NCBI GenBank assembly: GCA_003427395.1
Contig: BFEA01000036.1
Location: 869,024 to 932,596 of the forward strand
DNA from: Chara braunii
Taxonomy: Eukaryota; Plantae; Charophyceae
Reading direction: 5' to 3'
DNA length: 63,573 nt
Shown: piece after piece, positions 26,067 to 35,918 of the stretch
Layout: each line of letters opens with the position of its first letter
How positions within the stretch are numbered: the stretch's first letter is position 1
The notes under the pieces: model-generated
What the model saw: only the letters and a program-made list of their open reading frames with translations
The model's database searches: none
Told to the model about the DNA's origin: nothing
Translations under genes and position numbers: made by a program

Positions 26067-27392
26067 GTATCCTTTGTCAACTCTCATATAAACATGCATG
26101 TGATGATTGGGATATGTCTTTCTGTTACTTTTCTACTGCTTTGTGCTGGTGCTGTCAGGTCAACTTGCTAGTGCTATCTCTGCGACTGGTTATTTCATTG
26201 TATTGCCTATGTCATTACCTTCAAGTTCTTCTTGTGTAGTATTAAGCTGAAGGCGAAGCTATGACTTCGTCTATTAGATATATATTCTTCCAATTTGTTA
26301 TATTCTTCCAAGCTCAAAACGGTGAAGGCATAAATTACAATTTGTTAGTGATAACACAGCAGATTCAGGAGGTAGATCAACAAACTTCCGCCAGATCCAA
26401 CAAAGCGTTGGTCGTAGGTGCCTCCGTGTAGCGATCCGTCCAATGGTAGAACTCTGCCCAGTTGTCAGGGATGTAAGGCGATGAGAGGACACCCCTCCTT
26501 AACGCTCTTGCACTGATCTCAGGCAGGTCATCCAAGCCTAGAGTTGCCTAAGGTTCTTCTTTTTTGCTTCTTCTTCCCCTCCATCGTCTGTTGTTGTCTA
26601 GGTTGCTGTGCTGTGTGTTGTCGTCATTGTCTAGAGGTTGCTGTTGCTCTTCGAACTTCAAACAAGGATGTTGGGAGGGAAGCTGAAAGGAGGAAGGGAA
26701 GATGGGGGACGAACGAAAAAGAAGAAGAAGAAGAAGAAGAAGAGGAGGACGCACCTTCTGGCAATTGCGTACATGGTCGGGTGTTGTGTGGCGGGGTGCT
26801 GGAGCTTTTGCAGATTGAGGTCGTCACTCAGTGGGCAGGTTCACTTCATGCAAACTGTGGGCCGTTGATCTCCAATGATCAACGGCCCGCAGGCGATAAC
26901 AAAAAATGGGGAGCTCCTGGGGCCCCTACGGGCAAAAAAACACAGTGCCCCTATTTCGCACTTGGTGGCCTGACAGTCCGTCCGGCTGGGCTGCCTGGCC
27001 GGGTCTCAGGTGGACACAGGGGACCAGGCCACCTGGCTTGTGGCCTAGATCTCAACCAAAATTATCAACCGAAATTAATAAAATATTAAAATAATATACG
27101 CCACGGCAACCCACTGAGTCCCATGTATGGCCCTCTGGCACCAGTCCCCTTTAGACACTCCCATAATCCGCAACTCTCCATTGGGGTTTGAAAAGTAGAC
27201 TGCATGTTTCTGTTCTCCCAAATGACACCCCTGCCTGTTCATGAGAATATTGGTGGGCAATTGATATGTGATCTCCGATAATGTGTCTAGTGTTTTCTAC
27301 TCCCGCCAAGAATACTTGGTGGTGTCAAGACATGTGGAAAGAATGTGCAAGGACTACTACACTCTTTGTTTCCTTAATTTACCTCAATACAG
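26067..27392 (+). other. U12-type (minor spliceosome) GT-AG intron, phase 0
   Basis: 5' GTATCCTTT; branch site TTCCTTAAT at 27370-27378 about 15 nt before tacAG. Splicing restores VTF|ISFLQV. Confidence 0.88.
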
Positions 27393-27452
27393 ATATCTTT
27401 CCTGCAGGTGCTTTTCTTGATTAGGCAGATGGAGCACAGCAATAGTCAATCG
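27393..27452 (+). CDS. TUL1: TUL1/FLY1-like exon ISFLQVLFLIRQMEHSNSQS
   Basis: Near-identical to FLY1 VSFLQVLLLIRQMEHGNTQS; GTgagt donor. Confidence 0.92.
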
Positions 27453-27984
27453 GTGAGTAGTGCTTTTTTACGGAACATGGCATTTTGTAGCCTGTGCCTT
27501 GTCTCTCAACGTCGCTGTTACATGGAGGCTTGCCATGCATGGTTGCGGCTTCCTCCTCAGGGGGTTCTATGTTTGTATAGATGTTCTGGATTTAGTCGTC
27601 TTTGAGAGTGCTTTGTTGTGTGGTCTTGTGTCAGTCTGCTGCAGGCTGCATAAGGTGCAGAGGCAACGAGAGATTCTCGCAAGGCAGGAAAACAGGGCTT
27701 TTTGAACAGCTTGAAAACTGAGCAATGAAGAGAAGTTGTGTGGTGTTGCACCTTTAGAGGGAAAAGAGGCCGAAAAGACTAGGTTATCAGTCCTTGGCTA
27801 CCAGCTGGGCGGCCCGGGTCAACCGACTTTCCTGGGCGGCCCGGCCGTGCAAGGACTAGGGAAGGTCTCAGCCAAAAAAAAAAAAAAAAAAAAACCGAAA
27901 AATATGTTATGCAGAAAAATAAACTGAACAACTTTTCCCTAAGCGTCACATCGAAATTCTTTACCAAATTTAAAATAAAATTGC

Positions 27985-28331
27985 CAGGGCTGCACCGGCC
28001 GCCGGCCGGTTGGACCGGACCGGTCCCAGCCGGGCCGGTTCGTTGGACCGGACCGGACCGGAATTCCGGTTGGGTCCAAAACCGGGTCAAATTTTTTTAA
28101 TTTTTATTTTTTGTGATGGGGTTGGACTGCGCTTGTCGAGATCTCCCCGAATCCACAGAGAAAATATGGAAGTGCGAATTTTTTGTCATGGGGTTCGGGT
28201 TGGTGGGTGGGTGGGGGGGGGGGGGGGGGGGGGTCTGGGTTTTGTGGGGGTGTTAGTGGGGTGGTTGCAGCGTACCTGTCCTCCTGCCAACACTGACCGA
28301 TGCATACCTGCAGCGGCACAAAACATGAAGG

Positions 28332-28393
<62 letters not shown>

Positions 28394-28667
28394 CCTCCCC
28401 CTATCTTGTGCGCGCCCACTAATCAAACGTGCCCCCACTAATAACGCGGGCGCCCACTAATCAAACGCGCGTCATAACCCTCTCTCCCAAAGCCCACCTC
28501 TCTCTCTCTCTCTCTCTTTCTCCCTCCCCCTATCTTGCGCGCCCCCACTAATCAAACGCGCGCCCAAAGCCCATCTCTCTCTCTCTCTCTCTCTCTCTCC
28601 CCCCCCCTCCCACCCCCTAACGCGTGACCACTAATCAAACGCACGCCCACAACCCTCTCTCCCCAAG

Positions 28668-28758
<91 letters not shown>

Positions 28759-29274
28759 NGGGAAACTAAGGTCTATTGGTGACATTCTCTGAGCTTGAGC
28801 CTAGGTGATGTCCCGTTTCTGTGTTCTTTTCTTTTCCAAGAATTTGAGGGCAGAGAAGGAAAAAAGGGGGGAATGGAGAGAGAGGGGGGATGAAAGGAAG
28901 GTCCAAGAGAAGGAAATGAAAAGAACGATAAAATAACAGTAAACAGTAACAGTAACAGTCGATTTTTTATTTTTTTTCTATTTTTTCAAGCATCGCTACC
29001 ACTGTTTGGTTGTGTTCTTTTGCCGGTGCTGATCTTTGTCCTTTGTTAAGTCAGTTGATAATCCTCTTGTGTTTATTGATTCTCAATGTCACTGGTGCTT
29101 TTCCTTTTGAGCTTTGAGAGCCTAGATGTGACCGGGAAGTGACAACTGGTCTAGCTCTGTTAGTACACCCAAGAGGTGTTGAAATACAGACCCAGGTTCA
29201 AATCCAGATGGGGAAGAAAAGCAAACGAAGTGTGAGGGCTGTCTCTTATACACATCTAGATGTGTATAAGAGAC

Positions 29275-29329
<55 letters not shown>

Positions 29330-30017
29330 CGGGCGTCGGAAACTTTGGCTATGCCAAAAGAAGACTCGGAAGAAGAAGAAGAATGGGGGAGGAAGAAGAA
29401 GAAGAATGGGGGAGGAGGAGGAAGAAGAAGAAGAAGAAGAAGAGAATTAGAAATGGAAGGAGGAGGAGGAGGAGGAGGAGAAGAAGGAGAAGAAGAAGAA
29501 GAAGAAGAAGAAGAAGAAGAAGAAGAAGAAGAAAGATACAACCACTTAGCTTGACCGGTGAACGACGGGGGGGGGGAGGCGATGGCGTGCCGTGCCCGAC
29601 GTGACGAGGGGCGCAGTCGGAAGTCGGGTGGTTTCCCGCACTCGTCACTGCGACGAAGTGTCGAAGTGAGGAGGAAGGCTTCACACGGGGTTGCGGGGGC
29701 CGACGCCGGCCAGTTGAACTTCAGGTGGTTTCCCGCCCGAATGTTCAAAAACTGGCGGCCTATCTGGGCCGCCGATCTCATCAGATCAACGGCCCAGATA
29801 GGCCGCCAGTTTTTCAAGATTCTGGCGGGCCTGCTGGACCTGGCTCATTTTTTTTGGGGCCGGGAGGCCTTCCGGCCCCCGAAAAAATTTGAAATTGGCC
29901 GCTACCCGTCGGCGCAATTTCCTACCGAGGGGGAACAGGCGCGGTCCACCGGTCGGTGCTACCGGCCTGGTTCCGGTGGGGGAAGGGCCCCCCGGTAGGA
30001 CCGGAAATTCAGCCCTG
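27985..30017. mobile_element. Non-autonomous hAT-like element; interior includes an assembly artefact
   Basis: TIR CAGGGCTG...CAGCCCTG; 8-bp TSD AAAATTGC/AAAATTTC (7/8); dense subterminal ACCGG repeats at both ends. Confidence 0.8.
28760..29276. other. Assembly artefact: copy of 40890-41368 followed by a Nextera mate-pair junction adapter
   Basis: 28760-29238 matches 40890-41368 by eye (479 bp, both starting after an N). 29239-29276 is CTGTCTCTTATACACATCT-AGATGTGTATAAGAGACAG. Confidence 0.97.
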
Positions 30018-30380
30018 AAAATTTCTAATTACAAAATCATCTTTATGTTTATTTTTATTTTTTGGCCCGGCCGGGCAAGTGGACCCGGGTCACTCTGGTA
30101 GCCTCCCAGCAAAAAAAAAAAAAACAATAAAAATGTTATGCAGAAAAATAAACTGAACAACTTTTGCATCAGCGTCACATCGGAATTCGTTACCAAATTT
30201 AAAATAAAAATTTTAAATTAAGAAGTATTTTATTTTATTTCTTTTTATTTCTTTTTGGCCCGGCCAGGCAAGTGGACACGGGCGACTCTGGTAGCCTCAC
30301 TGTGTTGTTTGTTACTGTGTTTTTTCATGTCGAGGCGGCGGCTCATTCTCTGAATGTCAGTCTCTATCTGCTATTTGCAG

Positions 30381-30474
30381 GGTGCAGCAAAGGTCTCGTT
30401 ATGGATGATTGGCCAGCAGGCGATCATGGATGCATACCTCTGCCTTGGGCACCTGACAGCTGGCATTGTTGTAG
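30381..30474 (+). CDS. TUL1: TUL1/FLY1-like exon GAAKVSLWMIGQQAIMDAYLCLGHLTAGIVV
   Basis: tttgcAG acceptor, GTgggt donor; highly conserved family motif. Confidence 0.95.
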
Positions 30475-30690
30475 GTGGGTTTGTTGATTCCCTGCTTTGA
30501 CCATGCCATGGAAAATGTAAATGAACAAACTCAAATTATAGCTGGGGTTGTTATAACTTGTTAATTTATTCAAATTATTCAAATTATTCAAATGATTCAA
30601 ATACCTGTTTATAGGACGAGGTGCATTGCTGTAGGTCGGTGAACCCCCTGATTTGTTCGTTTTCGGGAAAAGGAAGAATCACACATTGTA

Positions 30691-30845
30691 CAGACTGGAC
30701 TACCTCAGTTGGTACACCGTTGAACTGCTGAAGCAATAGACCTGAGTTCGAATCCAGACGGAATCAAAGAAGTAGAAACAACTCTGAATTACCTGGGCCC
30801 GGTCAGTGCGAAGATAATATCTCAAGGCGGGTACCTGTGAAAATA
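30691..30845 (+). mobile_element. SINE family 2, full length, 17-bp TSD
   Basis: A box TACCTCAGTTGG, B box AGTTCGAATCC, shared tail; TSD AAGAATCACACATTGTA at 30674-30690 and 30846-30862. Confidence 0.9.
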
Positions 30846-32275
30846 AAGAATCACACATTGTAGCAGAGGCTGCTGTGAGTAGTTCACTGAATATCCATTT
30901 AGAGGATGGCTGGCATGTTGTAGGTGCATTGCTGAGTCCCTGATTTGTTCGTTTCATGGAAAATGTATAAAAAAAAATCGCAGGTTGTTGCTGGGGTTGG
31001 TGAGCAACTCATTGAATATGGATGTATAGGATGGAGTAACTGAATATGGATGTATACGTCGCCCGTAGGCAAACATGTGGAGTATCAAAGGGAAGAGGTA
31101 AAAATTCATTCATGGTATCAGTCTGCTTCCCTTCTCTGTCCATATTGCCTATACTGTGCTGGTGCCCAGCACGAGGCCCTTGGCCCAGTTTGGAAAGGGG
31201 CCTGCACCCGCTGGAAACTATCTTTGTCCTAAGTGAAGGCGGGCCCTGAGGAAAAGCGAGAAGGCCTTCCTGGAGGCTGAAGTGAGCAGGAGGGGTTGGT
31301 TGGTGCATGCAGCATCTTCAACCAGTCGGTTGGCCCAATCAGTTGAAGATGCTGCGGCCCAGGGCACTCACAGGTGAGCCCCAGGCACATTCTGGAAGGG
31401 CCCTTGGCGCAGCTACTGGGCCTCCAGTGCCTTGTCTCACGCAGCCAGACAACAAAAGAGAATGAGGCTCACTCATTCTCGATGTAGTGGCTGGCTGATC
31501 GCCGGCAGGGCCACTGGAGCGCTGTCGAGAGTTGAGCAGAGTGGAGAACGGCGCTGGTGGAGTGCAAGGAAAAAGCTGCATGGGCACAGCAGGAGGGCAG
31601 CAGCCATGACCGGGGTGCTGGCGCTTTACTCAGGGAGGTTGAGCGGAGGGCCTTGGGCATGGGACAGGGTGTGGGGAACAGGAGGTATGGGCAGTGTGTG
31701 AGACGGCTTATCTGGTGGTAATGAGTTGGCGGCGGCAGTCGAAGTCTTCATTTGTCATAAAGCTGCTGTACTTCATGAAGACCTGCTGAGTAGTGGGAAG
31801 TCTAGGTCGATACTTGTTGTCTGATTGTAGTCTGGGCGCTAGGAGAGCGACATTGTGGACATTGGTGTTGGAATGAGAAGAGGGCTTTTCATTATCAGTT
31901 GACTTCAGTGGTTCGCTCTTGCTTACTTGGTGAGCGACATTGTGGGCATTGGTGTTGGAGGCGAGAAGAGGGCTTTCATAATCAATTGACTTCCGTTCTT
32001 TGCTCTTTGCTTATTTGGTGTATCTCGCGGTGCAGTCTGCTCTCAGTTTGTGCGCATAGTTATCTGGACTTCTATGGAATGCTGCAATTTGGTTCCTGTC
32101 ATTCGCATTTCTCATTTCCTCCGTGCTGTGCTCGCCCATTGTAGTCCTTTCCACATGTCTATTTCAGAGATTTGGTGAATTTAGTCGGTTCCTTGTGTTC
32201 TACTGTGATGGCCGGCCATGCAGGGTCTTAGGCTGATATGGTGCAGTTTTGAAATGTTGACCTTGTGGCCATCAG

Positions 32276-32443
32276 AAAATCTTTTCAATGCATTTGCTAC
32301 AGCGGCATTCTTCAAATTTGTCATCTTTTCAATATTTGAAATGAGGTACCTTCTGGCAATTTGGAGAGCTCGGAGACCTGGGACTTTTGGAGAGGGATGG
32401 GAGACGGTGCGTCGGGAGATTTCTATCCTCTATTCCAGATTCT
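32276..32443 (+). CDS. TUL1: TUL1/FLY1-like exon (E)NLFNAFATAAFFKFVIFSIFEMRYLLAIW...LYSRF
   Basis: catcAG acceptor, GTgagt donor; conserved transmembrane segment; phase 1 to phase 1. Confidence 0.95.
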
Positions 32444-33778
32444 GTGAGTATAATCACCTCATTTTCCAATGTTTCAGGGGATTGTCTGAGAAGTGGCTGT
32501 ATGAAATGATTAACTTGAAAGTTGAGACCCATCTGAATGTTGCGCTGTGGTGCGCTCTTTTGGGTTGATGCCAAGATTGATAGATGTTGCCAGAAGTAAG
32601 CGCTGTCGACAGGTTAGCGTGGAAGTAGTTTTGTTTTCTCGTTTGTGCCCTCTTATCCGAATCAGTACGCATCCAGAAAAGAAGCATCCACTCAACCAAC
32701 CGCTTCGTTTCGAGGTACTTATGTTTGTCATCCCAGTTCAATGACAATTTCCAATCAATAATAACTGAGTTCAGATGTCACTGCATTATCTGAGTCAGCT
32801 TGCATTGTCTGTTGTAGGAATTAGTTTTTGATTAAGCGTACTTTGTTTGTGGAACTTACTTCCAGGTATATGAGGGATATGTTGTGCAACATTCTCAGGT
32901 AGTAAGATGGCCGAGTGCCGGTTGGCGGCCAGCTGAAACGGGTAGGGTCGCTATGCCGCATGGAATTCGTTCAATTCGGTCCATTTTGTGGGTGATTTCT
33001 TCATGGTGTATTTTTACAATCAGCAAGGTCGCGATCAGGAGTTATGGTTCAGTCGTGACGCTTTTCTGTCTTCGTCGCCTTCCTTTCCTCCTCCTTACTC
33101 TTCCTTCTTCCTTTTCTCTTCTTCTTCCTCCTCCTCCCTCTTCTTTCTTTGCATTTCTTATCTCCTGAGACTCTGTGATTTTTCTTGGTTGCTGCCAGTC
33201 TGCTGTGTCACGGCAGTCTGTGCATGATTGAAAGTGTTCACTATTGACACTACTTTCGGAACCGGTTCCAGTCTCATTCCTCTGTCCTTTTGTATCTGTC
33301 TCATGCAGTTTGCTGATGAAGAAAATCAGCCAAGAACAAGATCACAAATCTTGGAAAAGTATAATCTAAGATCAATCTCAAGAAGTCTGAAAGTCTGAAA
33401 TTTTGTACCTTGGAGGCTTGGTGCATATTTTTAATGAAGAAGGACGACGGCTTGAGGGAAGAAATATTGGTGCATTCAGGGATTGGCCAAGGCGAAAGTC
33501 TAGGCTCTGAAGTATGTTTCATTTATGTGAATATGTAAGAAAATACTAGAATAGCCTTGCACTGTATCAAAAAAGAATCGCTGCATCATCTCCTTGGAGA
33601 ATCCTGATGGCCTAACACATTTACGGCACAGTTATAACTTGTTTACACTTGCTGGGTAAGCTGACCGCTTGCGTTTGCACATGTTTGTTTTGTCTGTCGA
33701 TGTCATCTTTGGTGTTACTCTCGTCTCTTTCGCTCTTGTAAACCTTTGCCAAATCCTTTCTCTTTTGGGACTCTACAG

Positions 33779-33917
33779 ATGGGTTCTTGCTTGGGGGCAT
33801 TCTTTTGATGTACCAGTTCAGCTGGCTGTTGTGGTACATCTTGCTGCTCTTCTATTCTTTCTGGATTCCACAGATTGTGAGCAATGCCGTCAGGGACTCG
33901 AGGAAGCCACTCCATCC
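33779..33917 (+). CDS. TUL1: TUL1/FLY1-like exon (Y)GFLLGGILLMY...SFWIPQIVSNAVRDSRKPLH(P)
   Basis: ctacAG acceptor; conserved SFWIPQI and RDSRKPLHP motifs; ends at the U12 donor GTATCCTTT (phase 2). Confidence 0.95.
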
Positions 33918-35386
33918 GTATCCTTTACACCATTTGATGTTTGTGGGCTACTTGTCAGTTCTTGGCATAGACGTAGGAGTCAGCGTAGTGATCACCAGAT
34001 CATGAGCAGTAAAAGCCTGATCTCCCTATGGCAGATGGATTGACACAGAAGCGGGAAATAATCACAGTAAGAGAGAGCGAAGCGAAGCTTGCGTCCGTGG
34101 TGCCAAACACTGAGGCAAAGTGATCAGGGTAGAGTGTAAACTTGTTCCCTGAAGTGGGGGTGTTGATTTTGAGCTTGGCAATGCTGGGCTTGTGTACGCG
34201 ACCGGATCCAGATTGGATGGATGTCATTATTGTTACGCCGACCACCAGGTCGAGAAGCTACACGACATCTCTTCTCCATTCGGTTTTCTTTGTGCTCACT
34301 GCTCAGGCTTCCCAGGACAGAGGTCTTTCCAAAAACTGGCCGAGCCAGGTCCCCGAGCAGCCAGAGGCAGCCTGGGCGCACATCTGTGTGTGACCTAGTT
34401 CCTGGAATGTGTTAATTGTTTGAAAACCTGAGAGGCTGAGACGCTTAGGAAAAAAAAATAAAAAAAGCTCACGAGTTGCCTCGGGTGATCCAAACGCCGT
34501 CTTCCTGGTCAACTTGCATGGATTCCCGGTCACGTATCCCATGTACACTGGATCGTCAATATGTATCGGGGCTACCGGGGCTGTCCGGGCAGCCCAGTGG
34601 GGCACGGCCAGACATCATCCCTGTCAAAAAAGAAAATCCCGAAATGCTTCTAATATCTGATTCTAGACTATGTGGTCCTATCCTAAGCTAAATGAATACG
34701 GAGGCCTAAAACCGGCCTGAATGCCAGTCTGCTTTGGCCGGTTGAAACTCTAGTATTTACCACCCTCCAACCCAATGTTGAACTGAACAACTTTTTTTTT
34801 GTTGACTTTCAACTTTCAAGTGAACAATTGCTTCAGGGTCACTCCTAAATTCTTCACCAAATTGAAAGTGCAAAATACAATTAGTGCAAGTGGTCTCATG
34901 CCACTCTGGCAGGCCAGATATGTACACTGCATTTCAGATAGTTCTGGATCGGGGGCATCTGGGCACTTGCACCAAGGTTGCATGGCTGTCTGGGAGTGTA
35001 CATCACATTGATGATCCTCTGTGCACGTCGCTTGGTTTGAGGGGACAATCTAGGGTTGAAATGTCCGCAGTAAGTACGGCGCTTGTGAGTGAACTGGTGT
35101 AGCTGAGATATTAACTGGAGTTGGCTGCCCTATCTGCCGCGTGGGTAAATGGTGTACACACATGGCTGTTGACAACGAGGTCAAGAGCTCAAATTCTTTT
35201 GCTTTACTGTTGGAAGCACTCCCATTGAATACTTTTTTCCCTGTTTGCTGTCCAGGCTACTATTAGGTTTACCCTGTCATTTTTAAGGTCTTTTCTCCTT
35301 GACGTATATCCTTCTTCAACCTGTCCCTCTCGGGATGCTTGTGGTGATTGCTGCCTCTGTCAAATGGCATGGTGGAATGTGAACAG
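33918..35386 (+). other. U12-type GT-AG intron, phase 2, with a putative distal branch point
   Basis: 5' GTATCCTTT. The 3' aacAG is fixed by protein continuity KPLHP|HYILG. The only U12-like branch motif seen near the end is TCCTTGAC at 35296-35303. Confidence 0.75.
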
Positions 35387-35503
35387 GCACTATATTTTGG
35401 GAATCAGCATTACAAGATTAGCTATTCCCCTGTATTTCTTTGGTTGCCCATACAATTTCATGCACTATCCCACCAATCCTGGCTNNTNCATCGGGCTGAC
35501 TTG
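35387..35503 (+). CDS. TUL1: TUL1/FLY1-like exon HYILGISITRLAIPLYFFGCPYNFM...; 3' end uncertain because of Ns
   Basis: Matches FLY1 YYILGMTATRLAIPLYVFGCPHNFM. It runs into N-containing sequence and a (CT)n tract. The expected LQ..LLLQ..GSR.F.P segment was not found. Confidence 0.85.
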
Positions 35504-35508
35504 GTGAN

Positions 35509-35579
<71 letters not shown>

Positions 35580-35886
35580 NTNTNTGTGCCCCCTCCCAGC
35601 CCGGANNTNCNAGCCTNCNGCGGACANCNTTTCACNTCGGTGTATCCAATAGTTTGTGAGGTTTACGCTCTAGATTGGCAGGTTGATGTAGTCTGCTCCC
35701 CGGTGAAATGTAAGGTAAAAGAGCGGTCTCAGTATGCCTCCTGGGGTTTGCTCGTCTCTACATTCGTTTTGCAAAGTGCACTCTTTTTATTATGCAATAA
35801 AAGAGAACCTGTGAGAAAAACCAACAGAAAGAGACAACGCAGAGAAAAGCCAAAAGAACGGTTTCAGTGTGCCTCTTCCGCTTTGC

Positions 35887-35918
<32 letters not shown>

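Larger units (their letters stand above)
27793..30297 (+). mobile_element. Nested or tandem copies of the CTAGGCTACCAG MITE, interrupted by a hAT-like insertion
   Basis: Left half at 27793-27984, right half resumes at 30018-30104, and a further right two-thirds lies at about 30107-30297. Confidence 0.8.

Noticed and set aside
29145-29210. tRNA-like SINE head as an independent copy
   Set aside because: It lies inside the artefactual duplicate of 40890-41368.
29239-29276. Tn5/IS50-like ends suggesting horizontal transfer
   Set aside because: Exact synthetic Nextera junction adapter next to a duplicated block.
29122-29998. 231, 146 and 114 aa low-complexity ORFs
   Set aside because: They are (GAA/GGA/CT)n tracts plus adapter sequence inside a non-autonomous TE.
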